DNA of 43,177 nt from Actinomycetota bacterium. GTDB taxonomy: Bacteria; Actinomycetota; Actinomycetes; Actinomycetales; Microbacteriaceae. Each line of letters starts with the position of its first letter. Position 1 is the first letter of the stretch. This document shows, piece by piece, positions 31,679 through 42,464 of the stretch. Position numbers and translations under genes: made by a program. The DNA is taken from positions 1 to 43,177 of the forward strand of contig JBJTOG010000036.1 of NCBI GenBank assembly GCA_046074425.1, read 5' to 3'. Under the pieces are notes generated by a model. That model was given only the letters and a program-made list of their open reading frames with translations, ran no database searches and was not told where the DNA came from.

Positions 31679-34600
31679 CAAGGGCAGCCTTCCGATCATT
31701 TGCATGCTCTTGTAAAGATTTGACATGGAAAGGACCGTCGATTACCGCCTCGAATGATCCAATCGCAGAACTCAGTTGTGCGAGCGTTGTGAAGATGGGT
31801 TTATCGGCGGCTGTGGTCGCGGCTCTAATTTCATAACCATCCTTTCGTGCGGCGCTTCCGGTGGGGGTGTTCACAACAACATCCACCTCTCCAGCAGTAA
31901 TTAGTTCAACGATTGTTGGATCGCCAAGTTTGGTTCCCTGGGAGTGTTTTCGAACCTCAAGAGCGTTTATGCCGTGGCGCTTGAGTATTTGAGCTGTGCC
32001 GCTGGTTGCAAGAATTTCATACCCGAGTTGCTCGAGTCTTCTAACTGGAAGCAACATTTGGGGCTTGTCGCGATCGGCAACCGAGATGAATATTCGTCCC
32101 TTGGTTGGTAATGAACTACCTGCAGCAGCTTGTGACTTAGCGAAAGCTTTTGGAAAATCAACATCAATTCCCATCACCTCACCGGTGGAACGCATCTCTG
32201 GACCCAGCAATGAGTCAACATATCTACCGTCTGTGGTTGCAAATCGCTTGAAGGGAAGGACTGCCTCTTTCACGGCTATCGGTGAACCCGCTGGAATGTA
32301 GGTTCCGTCCTTTTCGGGCAGATGCCCCTGTGCAATCAGGCTATCTATACTCCAGCCAACCATCACCAAGGCAGCTGCCTTGGCAAGGGTAATACCTAGG
32401 GCTTTAGAAACAAATGGTACGGTTCTTGATGCTCGGGGATTCGCCTCTAGCACGTATAGGACATCAGCGGCCAGGGCGAATTGAACATTCAGTAGGCCAC
32501 GCACCCCAAGGCCACGTGCGATCTTTTCGGTTGCAATCCTCACTCGCTCGATTTGAGACTCACTAAGAGTTATCGGAGGAAGGGTGCAGCTGGAATCTCC
32601 AGAGTGAATCCCAGCCTCTTCGATGTGCTCCATAACGCCACCAACGTAGAGCTTTTCTCCATCGAATAGCGCATCGATGTCAATCTCAATTGCATCATCC
32701 AAAAACCTGTCTACTAAGAGAGGGTGGTTTGGACCAACTATTGCTTGATCCTTGATTCTCTCAAAATAGTCGACCATAGCTTCAGGTTCGTAAACAATCT
32801 CCATCCCTCGTCCTCCGAGCACGAAGGACGGGCGAACCAAAACTGGGAATCCAATGCGGTCGGCTACGGCCTGAGCCTCTAGAAGATTTGTAGCGATTCC
32901 ATTTGCCGGGGAGATCAGACCAGCCTCGTTGAGAATTCTAGAAAAGGAACCTCGTTCTTCAGCTAAATCGATGGCGTCAGGAGTGGTACCGAGAATTGGA
33001 ATGCCAGCGGCGCTCAGGCCCTGGGCTAAGCCAAGTGCGGTTTGACCCCCTAGTTGAACAACAACGCCAACTATTTCACCCGAAGTGGATTCGGCATGGA
33101 TAACTTCCAAAACATCCTCCAGGGTGAGAGGTTCGAAGTAAAGCCGATCCGAAGTGTCATAGTCGGTTGAAACTGTCTCGGGGTTGCAGTTGATCATCAC
33201 TGTTTCATAGCCCGCTTCACTCAGGGCAAATGATGCATGAACGCAGGAGTAGTCAAATTCGACACCCTGTCCGATTCGGTTGGGGCCGGAACCTAAAATT
33301 ATGACTTTCTTGTGATCAGAAGGAATCACTTCAGTCTCTTGCTCATAGCTTGAGTAGTGATAAGGAGTCAAGGCAGGGAACTCCCCAGCACAAGTATCAA
33401 CCGTTTTATACACAGGCCTTAAGTTGATTGAATGGCGAAGAGTACGGACCTCTTCCTCGGATAAACCTCGCAATTCTGCAATTTGTGCATCGCTAAAACC
33501 GTGATTCTTTGCGTACCTCAAAACATCCTCACCCAATTCGGGTGAATCAATTATTTCCTTGGCAACTTCGTTGATCAGGACGATTTGGTCAATAAACCAA
33601 GGGTCAATTTTCGTAGCGTCAAAAGCCTGCTCGATTGTGGCACCTTTCCAAAGCGCCTGCTGTAAGGTCACAATGCGCCCATCGGTAGGTTTTTTACTTA
33701 GATTCAGAAGATCGCTCACACTCTGTTCTGTATTTCGCCAATGAAAAGAAGAGCCGCGTTTTTCAAGTGAACGGAGAGCTTTCTGCAAAGCCTGGGAGTA
33801 AGTTCTGCCAATCGCCATAGCTTCACCAACAGATTTCATGGTTGTGGTGAGAGTTTGATCCGCTGCCGGGAATTTCTCAAAGGCAAATCTAGGAACTTTA
33901 ACCACAACGTAATCCAAAGTTGGCTCAAAGCTAGCCGGTGTCACCTTGGTAATGTCATTTGGAATTTCGTCAAGTGTGTATCCGACTGCAAGTTTTGCGG
34001 CAATTTTCGCGATAGGAAAACCAGTTGCTTTGGATGCTAAGGCTGATGATCTGGAAACCCTGGGGTTCATTTCAATAACAATGACTCTCCCATTGTCTGG
34101 ATTCACCGCGAATTGAATGTTGCAACCGCCAGTATCAACTCCGACAGCCCGAATTATGTCTATTGAAATGTCCCTAAGGTTTTGATATTCCCGGTCCGTG
34201 AGAGTTAGGGCGGGGGCAACCGTAATCGAGTCCCCGGTGTGCACACCTACTGGGTCGACGTTTTCGATTGAACAGACCACAACTGCATTGTCGTTTTTGT
34301 CCCTCATCAATTCAAGTTCGTACTCTTTCCAACCCAGAATGCTCTCTTCGAGCAGAACTTCGGTGGTTGGAGAGGCTTGCAATCCAGCCGTTGCTATCCG
34401 AATCAGCTCCTCTTCGTTATAAGCGAAGCCTGACCCTAATCCCCCCATCGTGAACGAAGGTCGAACTACCAAAGGGTAACCAAGCTGCTTTGCGCCAACA
34501 AGAACGTCATCGATGTTGTGGGCTATTACTGATTTCGCAACATCAGCCCCTGAATCCAAAACCAGTTGCTTGAAGGACTGCCTATCCTCGCCTGCCTTGA

Positions 34601-34967
34601 TCGCCGCAACATTGGCGCCGATAAGTTCAACCTGATACTTATCCAAAACACCAAGTTCATGGAGCTCCATAGCCGCATTGAGGGCCGTTTGTCCACCCAA
34701 GGTTGGGAGGATTGCATCTGGCTTCTCCTTTTGAATAATTGATTCGATAACTTGCGCTGTGATTGGCTCAACGTATGTTGCGTCTGCAAAATCAGGATCA
34801 GTCATGATGGTTGCTGGGTTTGAGTTGACCAGAATTACTCTTATTCCTTCTGCCCGCAGGACCCGGCAGGCTTGAGTTCCGGAGTAGTCAAACTCGCAGG
34901 CTTGACCAATAACGATTGGCCCAGAACCAATCACTAAAACGCTTCGTATGTCTTGACGTAGTGGCAC
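31671..34967 (-). CDS. carB: Carbamoyl-phosphate synthase large subunit
   Basis: [63 protein letters not shown]. Confidence 0.98.
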   Translation of the reverse strand: MPLRQDIRSVLVIGSGPIVIGQACEFDYSGTQACRVLRAEGIRVILVNSNPATIMTDPDFADATYVEPITAQVIESIIQKEKPDAILPTLGGQTALNAAMELHELGVLDKYQVELIGANVAAIKAGEDRQSFKQLVLDSGADVAKSVIAHNIDDVLVGAKQLGYPLVVRPSFTMGGLGSGFAYNEEELIRIATAGLQASPTTEVLLEESILGWKEYELELMRDKNDNAVVVCSIENVDPVGVHTGDSITVAPALTLTDREYQNLRDISIDIIRAVGVDTGGCNIQFAVNPDNGRVIVIEMNPRVSRSSALASKATGFPIAKIAAKLAVGYTLDEIPNDITKVTPASFEPTLDYVVVKVPRFAFEKFPAADQTLTTTMKSVGEAMAIGRTYSQALQKALRSLEKRGSSFHWRNTEQSVSDLLNLSKKPTDGRIVTLQQALWKGATIEQAFDATKIDPWFIDQIVLINEVAKEIIDSPELGEDVLRYAKNHGFSDAQIAELRGLSEEEVRTLRHSINLRPVYKTVDTCAGEFPALTPYHYSSYEQETEVIPSDHKKVIILGSGPNRIGQGVEFDYSCVHASFALSEAGYETVMINCNPETVSTDYDTSDRLYFEPLTLEDVLEVIHAESTSGEIVGVVVQLGGQTALGLAQGLSAAGIPILGTTPDAIDLAEERGSFSRILNEAGLISPANGIATNLLEAQAVADRIGFPVLVRPSFVLGGRGMEIVYEPEAMVDYFERIKDQAIVGPNHPLLVDRFLDDAIEIDIDALFDGEKLYVGGVMEHIEEAGIHSGDSSCTLPPITLSESQIERVRIATEKIARGLGVRGLLNVQFALAADVLYVLEANPRASRTVPFVSKALGITLAKAAALVMVGWSIDSLIAQGHLPEKDGTYIPAGSPIAVKEAVLPFKRFATTDGRYVDSLLGPEMRSTGEVMGIDVDFPKAFAKSQAAAGSSLPTKGRIFISVADRDKPQMLLPVRRLEQLGYEILATSGTAQILKRHGINALEVRKHSQGTKLGDPTIVELITAGEVDVVVNTPTGSAARKDGYEIRAATTAADKPIFTTLAQLSSAIGSFEAVIDGPFHVKSLQEHANDRKAALDA

Positions 34968-36106
34968 TAGTTCGCCTTTCGGTTGGAAGTAATCATTTCA
35001 ACCAGTCGATCAAACAGGTATCCAGAATCATGCGGGCCAGCAGCAGCCTCTGGGTGATACTGAACCGAGAAAGCCGGTATCTCTAAACATTCCAGTCCTT
35101 CCACGCAGTTATCATTCAGATTCACGTGGGAAACTCGCACCTTGCCAAAACCAGCTGGTGAATCAATTTCTCCACCGCTCCCCGCATCATCGACCGCAAC
35201 TGCAAATCCATGGTTGTGAGCAGTCACCTCAACCCGGCCAGTTTTTCGATCCAAAATTGGTTGATTAATTCCCCGGTGCCCAAAGGGAAGCTTGTATGTT
35301 TCAAATCCGAGAGCCCTTCCAAGAAGTTGATTCCCGAAGCAGATTCCAAAGAAAGGAATTCGCCTACTTAGAACTTCCCTAAGCAAAGCAACCTGAGCGG
35401 CTGAAGCTTTAGGATCGCCTGGCCCGTTCGAGAAAAATACCGCATCGGGAGCAGTTACCAAAACTTCTTCGATGGATGATTGCGCTGGTAACACTTCAAC
35501 GGCCAGGCCGCGTTGATTCATGTTCTCAATAGTGGATTTCTTAATTCCCAAATCCAAAATTGCCACTTTTCCAACCAGAGTCCCCTGTTGCGGGGAGAAA
35601 TACGCTTTAGGTGTTGATACTTTCGCGGACAGCGACAGCCCGACCATTTCAGGTGTATTGCGGACTTTTTTAAGAAGGGTCTCTATCTTCTCGGCGGCAG
35701 CCGGGCCTGAAAATATTCCAGCCCGCATAGCTCCAAGAGATCGAATGTGGCGGGTGAGGGCCCTGGTGTCTATTCCGCTGATTCCGACTATCCCTTGTTC
35801 AGTTAGATTCTCATCGAGGGATTTTTCGGCTCGGAAATTAGATACCACTCTCGATGGCTCCTTAACCACATAGCCCGAAACCCAGATCTGAGCTGACTCC
35901 TCATCACGTGCATTTACTCCTGTATTGCCGATGTGTGGAGCAGTTTGGACCACAATTTGACCAGCGTAGGAAGGATCAGTGAGGGTTTCTTGGTAACCAG
36001 TCATACCGGTAGCAAAAACTATTTCACCAAAAGTTTCACCGTCCGATCCATAGCTCGTACCTTCGAAAATTTGGCCGTCTTCAAGGACCAACTTTGCTTT
36101 TCTCAT
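34967..36106 (-). CDS. carA: Carbamoyl-phosphate synthase small subunit
   Basis: [44 protein letters not shown]. Confidence 0.97.
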   Translation of the reverse strand: MRKAKLVLEDGQIFEGTSYGSDGETFGEIVFATGMTGYQETLTDPSYAGQIVVQTAPHIGNTGVNARDEESAQIWVSGYVVKEPSRVVSNFRAEKSLDENLTEQGIVGISGIDTRALTRHIRSLGAMRAGIFSGPAAAEKIETLLKKVRNTPEMVGLSLSAKVSTPKAYFSPQQGTLVGKVAILDLGIKKSTIENMNQRGLAVEVLPAQSSIEEVLVTAPDAVFFSNGPGDPKASAAQVALLREVLSRRIPFFGICFGNQLLGRALGFETYKLPFGHRGINQPILDRKTGRVEVTAHNHGFAVAVDDAGSGGEIDSPAGFGKVRVSHVNLNDNCVEGLECLEIPAFSVQYHPEAAAGPHDSGYLFDRLVEMITSNRKAN

Positions 36107-36586
36107 TTAGAGCACCTTTTCGCTTAGTTCATTAAGCAAGTTCTTGCGAGCTTCACCATTGACGATTCGAAGGTGGGTTTCGAGGACACTCTGCCCCAGT
36201 GTCCATGAAACTGAAACCAACCCATCACGTTCAACAGCCCTATCTATTACCGCCGAATTTGTATCCAAACCCTTGATTGATGCCCATGAAATTTGGAAAC
36301 TTCGCTCTCCAACGCGATGCAACTCCAATCCTTCGGTTTCCAAGGAAATTCCAACTCGACCTCGAGCCCCAAGACCATATGCAGAAACTCGATTAAGCGG
36401 TTCACCTGCAAAGGTTGTAGCTACATAGAAGCCTTCAACTCCAGAACTGTTCTCAGTTTCAATCCAGTGAGGCTCATTCAAAGACTTCTCCTGATTACTT
36501 CTGGCCTTTTTCCAGGAAAAGTACGCGAAAAATATACCTATAGCCGCTAGGCCTAAAGCAATTAGTCCAACCTGATAGGTCTGCAT
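36107..36586 (-). CDS. Conserved membrane-anchored hypothetical protein of actinobacterial pyr operons (Rv1382-like)
   Basis: N-terminal TM helix, FYVATT..PLNRV...GLG.RG and IDRAVERDGLV..W.LG motifs; translationally coupled between pyrC and carA. Confidence 0.75.
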   Translation of the reverse strand: MQTYQVGLIALGLAAIGIFFAYFSWKKARSNQEKSLNEPHWIETENSSGVEGFYVATTFAGEPLNRVSAYGLGARGRVGISLETEGLELHRVGERSFQISWASIKGLDTNSAVIDRAVERDGLVSVSWTLGQSVLETHLRIVNGEARKNLLNELSEKVL

Positions 36587-37881
36587 TATCGAATCACTTT
36601 CTTCTGTATTTGGAAATCTCGATAGGTAAATTCACCGCTGAAGATAGTGTGCCTCACCCGTCCATGCATGGTTCTGCCCTGGTAGGGGTTATTAGTGCTA
36701 AGGCTGTGAGTCTCGGCCTGTGCAGTCCAAACTTGATTGGGGTCAACTATCGCTAAATTCGCAATCGATCCAATTTTGAGGTAGTTGCCTTGATTGGATA
36801 GCCCACTAATTTGGGCAGGACTAATGGATGTGACTTCAGCGAGCCTTGTGAAATCACTGGCTCCTGAATCTATGAGCACTTCCTGAGCTACAGCATATGC
36901 GGCTTCAAGCCCTACCATTCCGAAAGCCGCCGCAGCCCATTCGGTGTCTTTTGATTCCTTAGGGTGTGGAGCATGGTCAGTAGCAATAACATCGATGGTT
37001 CCATCGATCAATCCCGCCCTGAGTGCCATAGTGTCCTCCAAAGTTCTTAGTGGAGGATTTACCTTGTAAATCGGATCGTAATTTTCAGCCATTTGCTCAG
37101 TTAGGACAAGGTGATGAGGAGTGACTTCCGCAGTCACAGCAACTCCTTTTGCCTTTGCCGATCTGACTAACTCAACAGATCCTGCCGTTGAGAGGTGGCA
37201 GATGTGCAATCTAGACCCTGTATGAGCAGCCAACATAATGTCTCTCGCGATGATTGCTTCTTCGGCAACACTAGGCCAGCCAGCAAGGCCAAGAGCAGAA
37301 GATAACTTTCCTTCATTCATTTGGGCATTGACTGTCAATTTTGGCTCCTGGGCATGCTGCGCTATTACTCCATTGAATGCCCTAACGTATTCAAGAGCCC
37401 GCCTCATTAGGGCTGGATCGTGCACGCAGTTTCCATCGTCGCTAAAAATTCTTACTTGAGCCCTAGAGTTTGCCATTGCGCCAAGCTCTGCAAGTTGTTC
37501 ACCTCTAAGCCCAACTGTGACTGCTCCAATTGGCTGGACCTCACAATATCCAGCATCATCACCTAGGCGCTTGATTTGCTCAACCACACCAGCACTGTCT
37601 GCAACCGGGAAGGTGTTGGCCATGGCATGAATTGCCGTATACCCTCCGCAAGCCGCCGCCATTGAGCCAGTTAGCACAGTTTCACTTTGTTCAAAACCTG
37701 GTTCTCTGAGGTGTGTATGGAGATCTACCAGGCCGGGTAAAACAACAAGCCCTTCACAATCAACGATTTCGGCTTTCGGATCTGGTTCAGCTGAAATCAT
37801 TCCGTTGAGGATGTTGACTGCAATTTTGTTACCTGCAGTATCGGTTAGCCCAATGAGCGTTATGTTTTTTGTCATCTTCAC
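36586..37881 (-). CDS. pyrC: Dihydroorotase
   Basis: [48 protein letters not shown]. Confidence 0.97.
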   Translation of the reverse strand: MKMTKNITLIGLTDTAGNKIAVNILNGMISAEPDPKAEIVDCEGLVVLPGLVDLHTHLREPGFEQSETVLTGSMAAACGGYTAIHAMANTFPVADSAGVVEQIKRLGDDAGYCEVQPIGAVTVGLRGEQLAELGAMANSRAQVRIFSDDGNCVHDPALMRRALEYVRAFNGVIAQHAQEPKLTVNAQMNEGKLSSALGLAGWPSVAEEAIIARDIMLAAHTGSRLHICHLSTAGSVELVRSAKAKGVAVTAEVTPHHLVLTEQMAENYDPIYKVNPPLRTLEDTMALRAGLIDGTIDVIATDHAPHPKESKDTEWAAAAFGMVGLEAAYAVAQEVLIDSGASDFTRLAEVTSISPAQISGLSNQGNYLKIGSIANLAIVDPNQVWTAQAETHSLSTNNPYQGRTMHGRVRHTIFSGEFTYRDFQIQKKVIR

Positions 37882-38816
37882 CTCTCACCTGAAAGCAGGG
37901 AATAAAGAACTGCCATTCGAACGGAAACTCCGTTTTGAACCTGTCTCAAAACTCTCGAATGATCGCTATCCGCACTTGCGGCATCTATTTCCAAACCTCT
38001 ATTCATTGGACCAGGATGTAGCAAAATGGAGTCCTTGGCGATTCTTTCGATTCGAGATTTATTCATTCCCCAGATTCGTGAATATTCGCGTTCGGTTGGG
38101 AAAAAAGATGCATTCATTCGCTCAAGCTGAACTCTAAGCATCATGACAACTTGTGGCTGGACAGTTTCGAGAGCTGAATCAAGGGAATAGTGCACTCGCT
38201 CAGGAGTCACTAACGAGCGGGGAATAAGTGTGGAAGGTCCACAGATGTGAACCTCGGCACCGAGGGTTTTTAGTAGGGCGATGTTTGATCTTGCTACTCG
38301 AGAGTGAGCAATGTCGCCAACAATCAGGACTCGAAGCCCAGCAAGATCCTTGCCCCTTGGTTCCTGGTGAAAGGATTCTCTAATGGTCATGGCATCTAAT
38401 AGCGCTTGGGTTGGATGTTCATGTGTTCCGTCTCCGGCATTTACTATCGCCGAATGAACCCAATCGGTGTGAGCCAATCTGTGAGCCGAACCAGAAGCCG
38501 AGTGTCGGATTACTATTGCATCTGCTCCCATGGCCTCAAGGGTTTGCGCTGTGTCCTTAAGAGATTCACCTTTGGAGACAGAAGAGCCTTTTGCAGCAAA
38601 ATTAATTACATCTGCAGATAGCCGTTTAGCGGCAAGCTCAAATGAGATTTTGGTGCGGGTAGAGTCCTCAAAGAACAGATTGACGATTGTTTTGCCGCGA
38701 AGCGTTGGCAATTTCTTTATTTCTCGACTATTGACTTCAGACATCTCGTGAGCCAAATCTAAAAGAGAAATTGTTTCATCTAAAGATAGATCGCTTGCTG
38801 AAAGAAGATGCTTCAA
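37878..38816 (-). CDS. pyrB: Aspartate carbamoyltransferase catalytic subunit
   Basis: [40 protein letters not shown]. Confidence 0.97.
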   Translation of the reverse strand: MKHLLSASDLSLDETISLLDLAHEMSEVNSREIKKLPTLRGKTIVNLFFEDSTRTKISFELAAKRLSADVINFAAKGSSVSKGESLKDTAQTLEAMGADAIVIRHSASGSAHRLAHTDWVHSAIVNAGDGTHEHPTQALLDAMTIRESFHQEPRGKDLAGLRVLIVGDIAHSRVARSNIALLKTLGAEVHICGPSTLIPRSLVTPERVHYSLDSALETVQPQVVMMLRVQLERMNASFFPTEREYSRIWGMNKSRIERIAKDSILLHPGPMNRGLEIDAASADSDHSRVLRQVQNGVSVRMAVLYSLLSGER

Positions 38817-39346
38817 GATGAGATCACCACCTCGTCAGTGCCATCGGTTTCAACCAAGCGAACGCTTATTCTTTCCTCGGTGGCAGTTGGGAGGTTCTTT
38901 CCAACAAAGTCTGCTCGAATCGGTAGTTCTCGATGTCCTCGGTCAACTAAAACCGCAAGTCTCACGGCTTTGGGCCGACCGTGGTCGTTTAGGGCATCAA
39001 GAGCGCTTCGAACGGTACGTCCGCTGTAAAGCACATCATCTACCAATACAACTGTTTGCCCAGCTATACCTGAGGCAGGGATACTGGTTCTTCCAAGCGG
39101 CCTGGTTGGCTGATCTGCGAGGTCATCCCGGTAAAGAGTCACGTCGATGGAGCCGACTTCCAATTTGCTGCCCGGATAAGCGCTCGATATCACAGCTGCA
39201 ATTCTCTCCGCTATGTGGACGCCTCGGGTTGGAATGCCAAGTAGCACAAGGTTCTCGGAGCCATGATTGGATTCGGTAATTTCGTGGGAAATACGAGTAA
39301 TAGCCCGAGAGAGGTCATCGGCGCTTAAGACGGTGCGTTGTGACAC
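38813..39346 (-). CDS. pyrR: Pyrimidine operon regulator / uracil phosphoribosyltransferase PyrR
   Basis: [46 protein letters not shown]. Start GTG 39346, 5 nt after SD AAGGAGG. Confidence 0.96.
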   Translation of the reverse strand: MSQRTVLSADDLSRAITRISHEITESNHGSENLVLLGIPTRGVHIAERIAAVISSAYPGSKLEVGSIDVTLYRDDLADQPTRPLGRTSIPASGIAGQTVVLVDDVLYSGRTVRSALDALNDHGRPKAVRLAVLVDRGHRELPIRADFVGKNLPTATEERISVRLVETDGTDEVVISS

Positions 39347-39353
39347 GCCCACC

Positions 39354-39387
39354 TCCTTCTCCGCCTCACAGGACGGTCATTAAAGGA
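39354..39387 (-). promoter_or_regulatory. PyrR-binding RNA hairpin overlapping the pyrR ribosome-binding site
   Basis: UCCUUUAAUGACCGUCCUGUGAGGCGGAGAAGGA matches the PyrR binding-loop pattern (CCUUUAA...UCCNGNGAGG..GAGAAGG); its 3' arm includes the SD. Confidence 0.88.
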
Positions 39388-39400
39388 TGTTGCTCACTAG

Positions 39401-39406
39401 ATGCTA
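39401..39406 (-). promoter_or_regulatory. Putative -10 element TAGCAT of the pyr operon
   Basis: gcTAGCAT 13 nt upstream of the PyrR hairpin in the nusB-pyrR gap. Confidence 0.55.
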
Positions 39407-39417
39407 GCAGTAATTTA

Positions 39418-39837
39418 TTAGATTGCCTTCTTTGTGTTTGAAATCGCTGAGAGCAAGCCATTAACGAATACTCCCGAATCTTCGGTTGAGTACTCTTTCG
39501 CTAGTTCCACGGCTTCGGAAATCGCAACTTGGTCAGGAATTTCATCATTGAAAAGCAATTCCCAGACGCCCACCCGCAGTATTGCTCTATCAACCGCGGG
39601 CATTCTTTCGAGGTTCCACTTATGTGAATTTGCAGATATCCGATCATCAATCTCGGCATGGTGTTCGGTGATTCCGTTTACAATCTCTTCGGCGTAGCCA
39701 ACAATTTGATCCTGATTTTGTCTGTCTTCTTGGGCTTTCGCTGCGACCGATAGTAGGTCAATTGGGTTCTGCTTCCGCAAATCAGCCGCGAAGATAGCAT
39801 CCAATGCCATCTTTCGGGACTTTGTTCTAGAACTCAC
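39418..39837 (-). CDS. nusB: Transcription antitermination factor NusB
   Basis: SSRTKSRKMAL, WNLERMPAVDRAILR, VAISEAVELAK, FVNGLL. Confidence 0.96.
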   Translation of the reverse strand: MSSRTKSRKMALDAIFAADLRKQNPIDLLSVAAKAQEDRQNQDQIVGYAEEIVNGITEHHAEIDDRISANSHKWNLERMPAVDRAILRVGVWELLFNDEIPDQVAISEAVELAKEYSTEDSGVFVNGLLSAISNTKKAI

Positions 39838-39839
39838 CG

Positions 39840-40403
39840 CTAGTCGGTGACTCGTCCGAGGTATTCACCGGTTCGGGTGTCAACTCGTACTTTGGTGTTC
39901 TGCTCTATAAACAGGGGAACCTGAATTTGTAATCCTGTTTCAACAGTTGCTGGTTTGGTTCCACCGCTTGAGCGATCGCCTTGGAGTCCAGGTTCTGTAT
40001 AGGTGATCTCCAGCACAACCGAGGCTGGTAGTTCGACGTATATTGGATTTCCTTCATAAACAGCAACGATTGCCTCCTGATTTTCAAGGAGGTAATCTTT
40101 GGCGTCAGAGACAACCTCATCAGACAAGGTCATCTGGTCATAGGTTTGGTTATCCATGAATACATAGCCTGAACCATCGTTATAGAGATAATTCATTTCT
40201 CGCTTGTCAACATTGGCGGTCTCGACCTTTACACCTGCGTTGAAGGTTCTTTCAACTACTTTTCCACTGAGCACATTTTTCAATTTGCTTCGAACGAATG
40301 CCGGACCTTTTCCTGGCTTGACGTGCTGGAATTCAATAACGGTCCAAAGTTGACCTTCAATGTTTAATACAAGGCCGTTTTTCAAGTCATTTGATGTTGC
40401 CAT
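39840..40403 (-). CDS. efp: Elongation factor P
   Basis: [43 protein letters not shown]. Confidence 0.98.
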   Translation of the reverse strand: MATSNDLKNGLVLNIEGQLWTVIEFQHVKPGKGPAFVRSKLKNVLSGKVVERTFNAGVKVETANVDKREMNYLYNDGSGYVFMDNQTYDQMTLSDEVVSDAKDYLLENQEAIVAVYEGNPIYVELPASVVLEITYTEPGLQGDRSSGGTKPATVETGLQIQVPLFIEQNTKVRVDTRTGEYLGRVTD

Positions 40404-40448
40404 GGTCGTGCTTACTCGATTTCTATTGGTTGGTGGGATCGACTTCTG

Positions 40449-40454
40449 ATTCTA
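40449..40454 (-). promoter_or_regulatory. Putative -10 element (ccgc-TAGAAT) for efp-nusB
   Basis: Near-consensus TANNNT in the aroQ-efp gap. Confidence 0.55.
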
Positions 40455-40462
40455 GCGGGTGA

Positions 40463-40894
40463 TCAACTAAGTTGCCGAAGTGCAAGCAGGTATGAGTCAA
40501 AGCCAAATCCAGCTATGACCCCGCTGGCAGCGGCAGATATAACGCTGTTTTGCCTAAAATCCTCTCTGGCGTGTGGATTAGAAATATGAACCTCAATCAA
40601 TTGATTTCCTGCTGAGGTGTGACCTTTACAAGCATCCGCCAGCGCATAAGAGTAATGGGTGAAGGCGGCTGGATTGATCACTACTGGAATCTTTTTATCG
40701 GTTGCCTCGTGGACCCAACCGATTAGCTCAGCTTCGGAATCACTCTGGCGAAGTTCAATATCAACACCCAATTCCGCAGCAAGTTTATCCAGCTGGGCTT
40801 CCAGATCAGCATGAGTAGCAGAACCATAGATCTCAGGCTCTCTTGAGCCAAGGCGGCCCAAGTTGGGACCATTGAGGATCAGGACCTTCTTCAT
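40463..40894 (-). CDS. aroQ: Type II 3-dehydroquinate dehydratase
   Basis: LNGPNLGRLGSREPEIYG, INPAAFTHYS, IEVHISNPHARE.FR. Confidence 0.96.
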   Translation of the reverse strand: MKKVLILNGPNLGRLGSREPEIYGSATHADLEAQLDKLAAELGVDIELRQSDSEAELIGWVHEATDKKIPVVINPAAFTHYSYALADACKGHTSAGNQLIEVHISNPHAREDFRQNSVISAAASGVIAGFGFDSYLLALRQLS

Positions 40895-40903
40895 GAGGAA
40901 AGC

Positions 40904-41980
40904 CTAGCTCGCAATCTCACCGAAGGCCGCAAATAGCATTTCATCGGTTGGGGCTTGCATAATCGTTGGCTTTCCAATTTCATCCAAGACAACAAACCTT
41001 AGAGACCCGGCTCTAGCTTTTTTATCGATTTGCATGTTTGCAAGCAAAACGGGCCACTTACTAGCTGGGTAGCTGATTGGCAGACCAAGCATTGTGAGAA
41101 TGTTCCGATGGCGCTCAACCGCTTCCATGGAAAGCCTGCCGTTGATGCGAGCCAATTCGGCTACGAAAACCATCCCAATGGAAATCGCGGCACCGTGACG
41201 CCATTTATACCGCTCAGCTAGTTCAATGGCGTGGCCTAAGGTGTGACCATAATTTAGGAGTTCTCGCTCTCCCGACTCTCTGAAATCTGCACCAACAATT
41301 TTCGCTTTAACTTCAATTGCACGCCTTACCAAATCAACAAAAGAATCTGATTTCGTGTTGATTGCGGAAACAAAATCCTGCTCGATTAGATCCAAAATTT
41401 GAGTGTCTCGAATAAATCCGCACTTAACGACTTCTGCAAAACCCGCAACTAAATCATTTTTTGGCAACGACTCTAAAGTATCCAAATCGGCAATCACTGC
41501 AACTGGTGAATGGAAAGCACCGACAAGGTTTTTACCTTCAGCAGTATTGACCCCGGTTTTACCTCCGACCGCCGCATCCACCATGCCAAGCAGGGTCGTG
41601 GGTATTTGAATAATTCCCACTCCACGCAGCCAGCAGGCGGCAACATAACCGGCAAGATCGGTTGCCGTGCCACCGCCGAAACCAATTATGAAATCTGTTC
41701 TGGAAAATTCAGCTTTTCCAAGAATGCCCCAGCAGAAGGCAGCTACTTCAATTCTTTTAGCTTCTTCGCTATCTGGAACTCCGGCAAGTATTGCTTCGAA
41801 GCCGCGTTCGACTAGTGAATCCCTCAGCGCCTCCGCGCTTACCGTTAGTGCAATTGGGTGGATTATCAAAACCTTCTTGGCACCCACTAAAAAATCCGGG
41901 ACTAGGTCAATCAAACCTCTACCAATAATTACTGGGTAAGGTTTATCGGCTGAAACATCGATCCTGGATAACTCAACCAT
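40904..41980 (-). CDS. aroB: 3-dehydroquinate synthase
   Basis: GGGTATDLAG, PTTLLGMVDAAVGGKTGVN, GKNLVGAFH, LNYGHTLGHAIE. Confidence 0.97.
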   Translation of the reverse strand: MVELSRIDVSADKPYPVIIGRGLIDLVPDFLVGAKKVLIIHPIALTVSAEALRDSLVERGFEAILAGVPDSEEAKRIEVAAFCWGILGKAEFSRTDFIIGFGGGTATDLAGYVAACWLRGVGIIQIPTTLLGMVDAAVGGKTGVNTAEGKNLVGAFHSPVAVIADLDTLESLPKNDLVAGFAEVVKCGFIRDTQILDLIEQDFVSAINTKSDSFVDLVRRAIEVKAKIVGADFRESGERELLNYGHTLGHAIELAERYKWRHGAAISIGMVFVAELARINGRLSMEAVERHRNILTMLGLPISYPASKWPVLLANMQIDKKARAGSLRFVVLDEIGKPTIMQAPTDEMLFAAFGEIAS

Positions 41981-42464
41981 TTCTTATCTCCACAATCTCT
42001 GCGACAACCTTCGAAAGGGTCTTTCCATTGGTGGAAATTTTCAAGTCGCAGCTTGATTCATACAATGGCTTACGTTGCTCGTAAATACGCTTCCAATCTT
42101 CGGCTCCGTTTTTAATTAAAGGGCGCTTACCGGCTACCAAGCGCGCTGCGATATGTCTGCCGTCGGTTTCGAGATAAATTACAAATGCATTCTTGAGCTC
42201 TTCACGGTTTTCTTGTCTGAGGATAATTCCTCCGCCGGTTGCCACGACTCCCCCTTCAGTGAGAGCGAGCTTCAATGCTTCACTCTCCCTGACTCGAAAA
42301 AAATCTTCACCCTGCGTCTCAAAAATCTTTGGAATTGATCCATCTCTTTTGGTGATTATGGCGTCCGTATCAACAAAATTCAGGTCTAAGGCCTTGGCCA
42401 ACTTCTTGCCAATTGTCGTCTTGCCAACACCCATGGGACCAATGAGCACAATAGGAGATTTCAT
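41973..42464 (-). CDS. aroK: Shikimate kinase
   Basis: GPMGVGKTT, DTD, GEDFFR, ATGGG, RPL, R.PLY. Confidence 0.96.
   Translation of the reverse strand: MKSPIVLIGPMGVGKTTIGKKLAKALDLNFVDTDAIITKRDGSIPKIFETQGEDFFRVRESEALKLALTEGGVVATGGGIILRQENREELKNAFVIYLETDGRHIAARLVAGKRPLIKNGAEDWKRIYEQRKPLYESSCDLKISTNGKTLSKVVAEIVEIRNG

Noticed and set aside
31679-31726. 16-aa N-terminal extension of PyrF inside carB
   Set aside because: Homology starts at MPNFGQRL, and ATG 31678 gives a typical short overlap with the carB stop.
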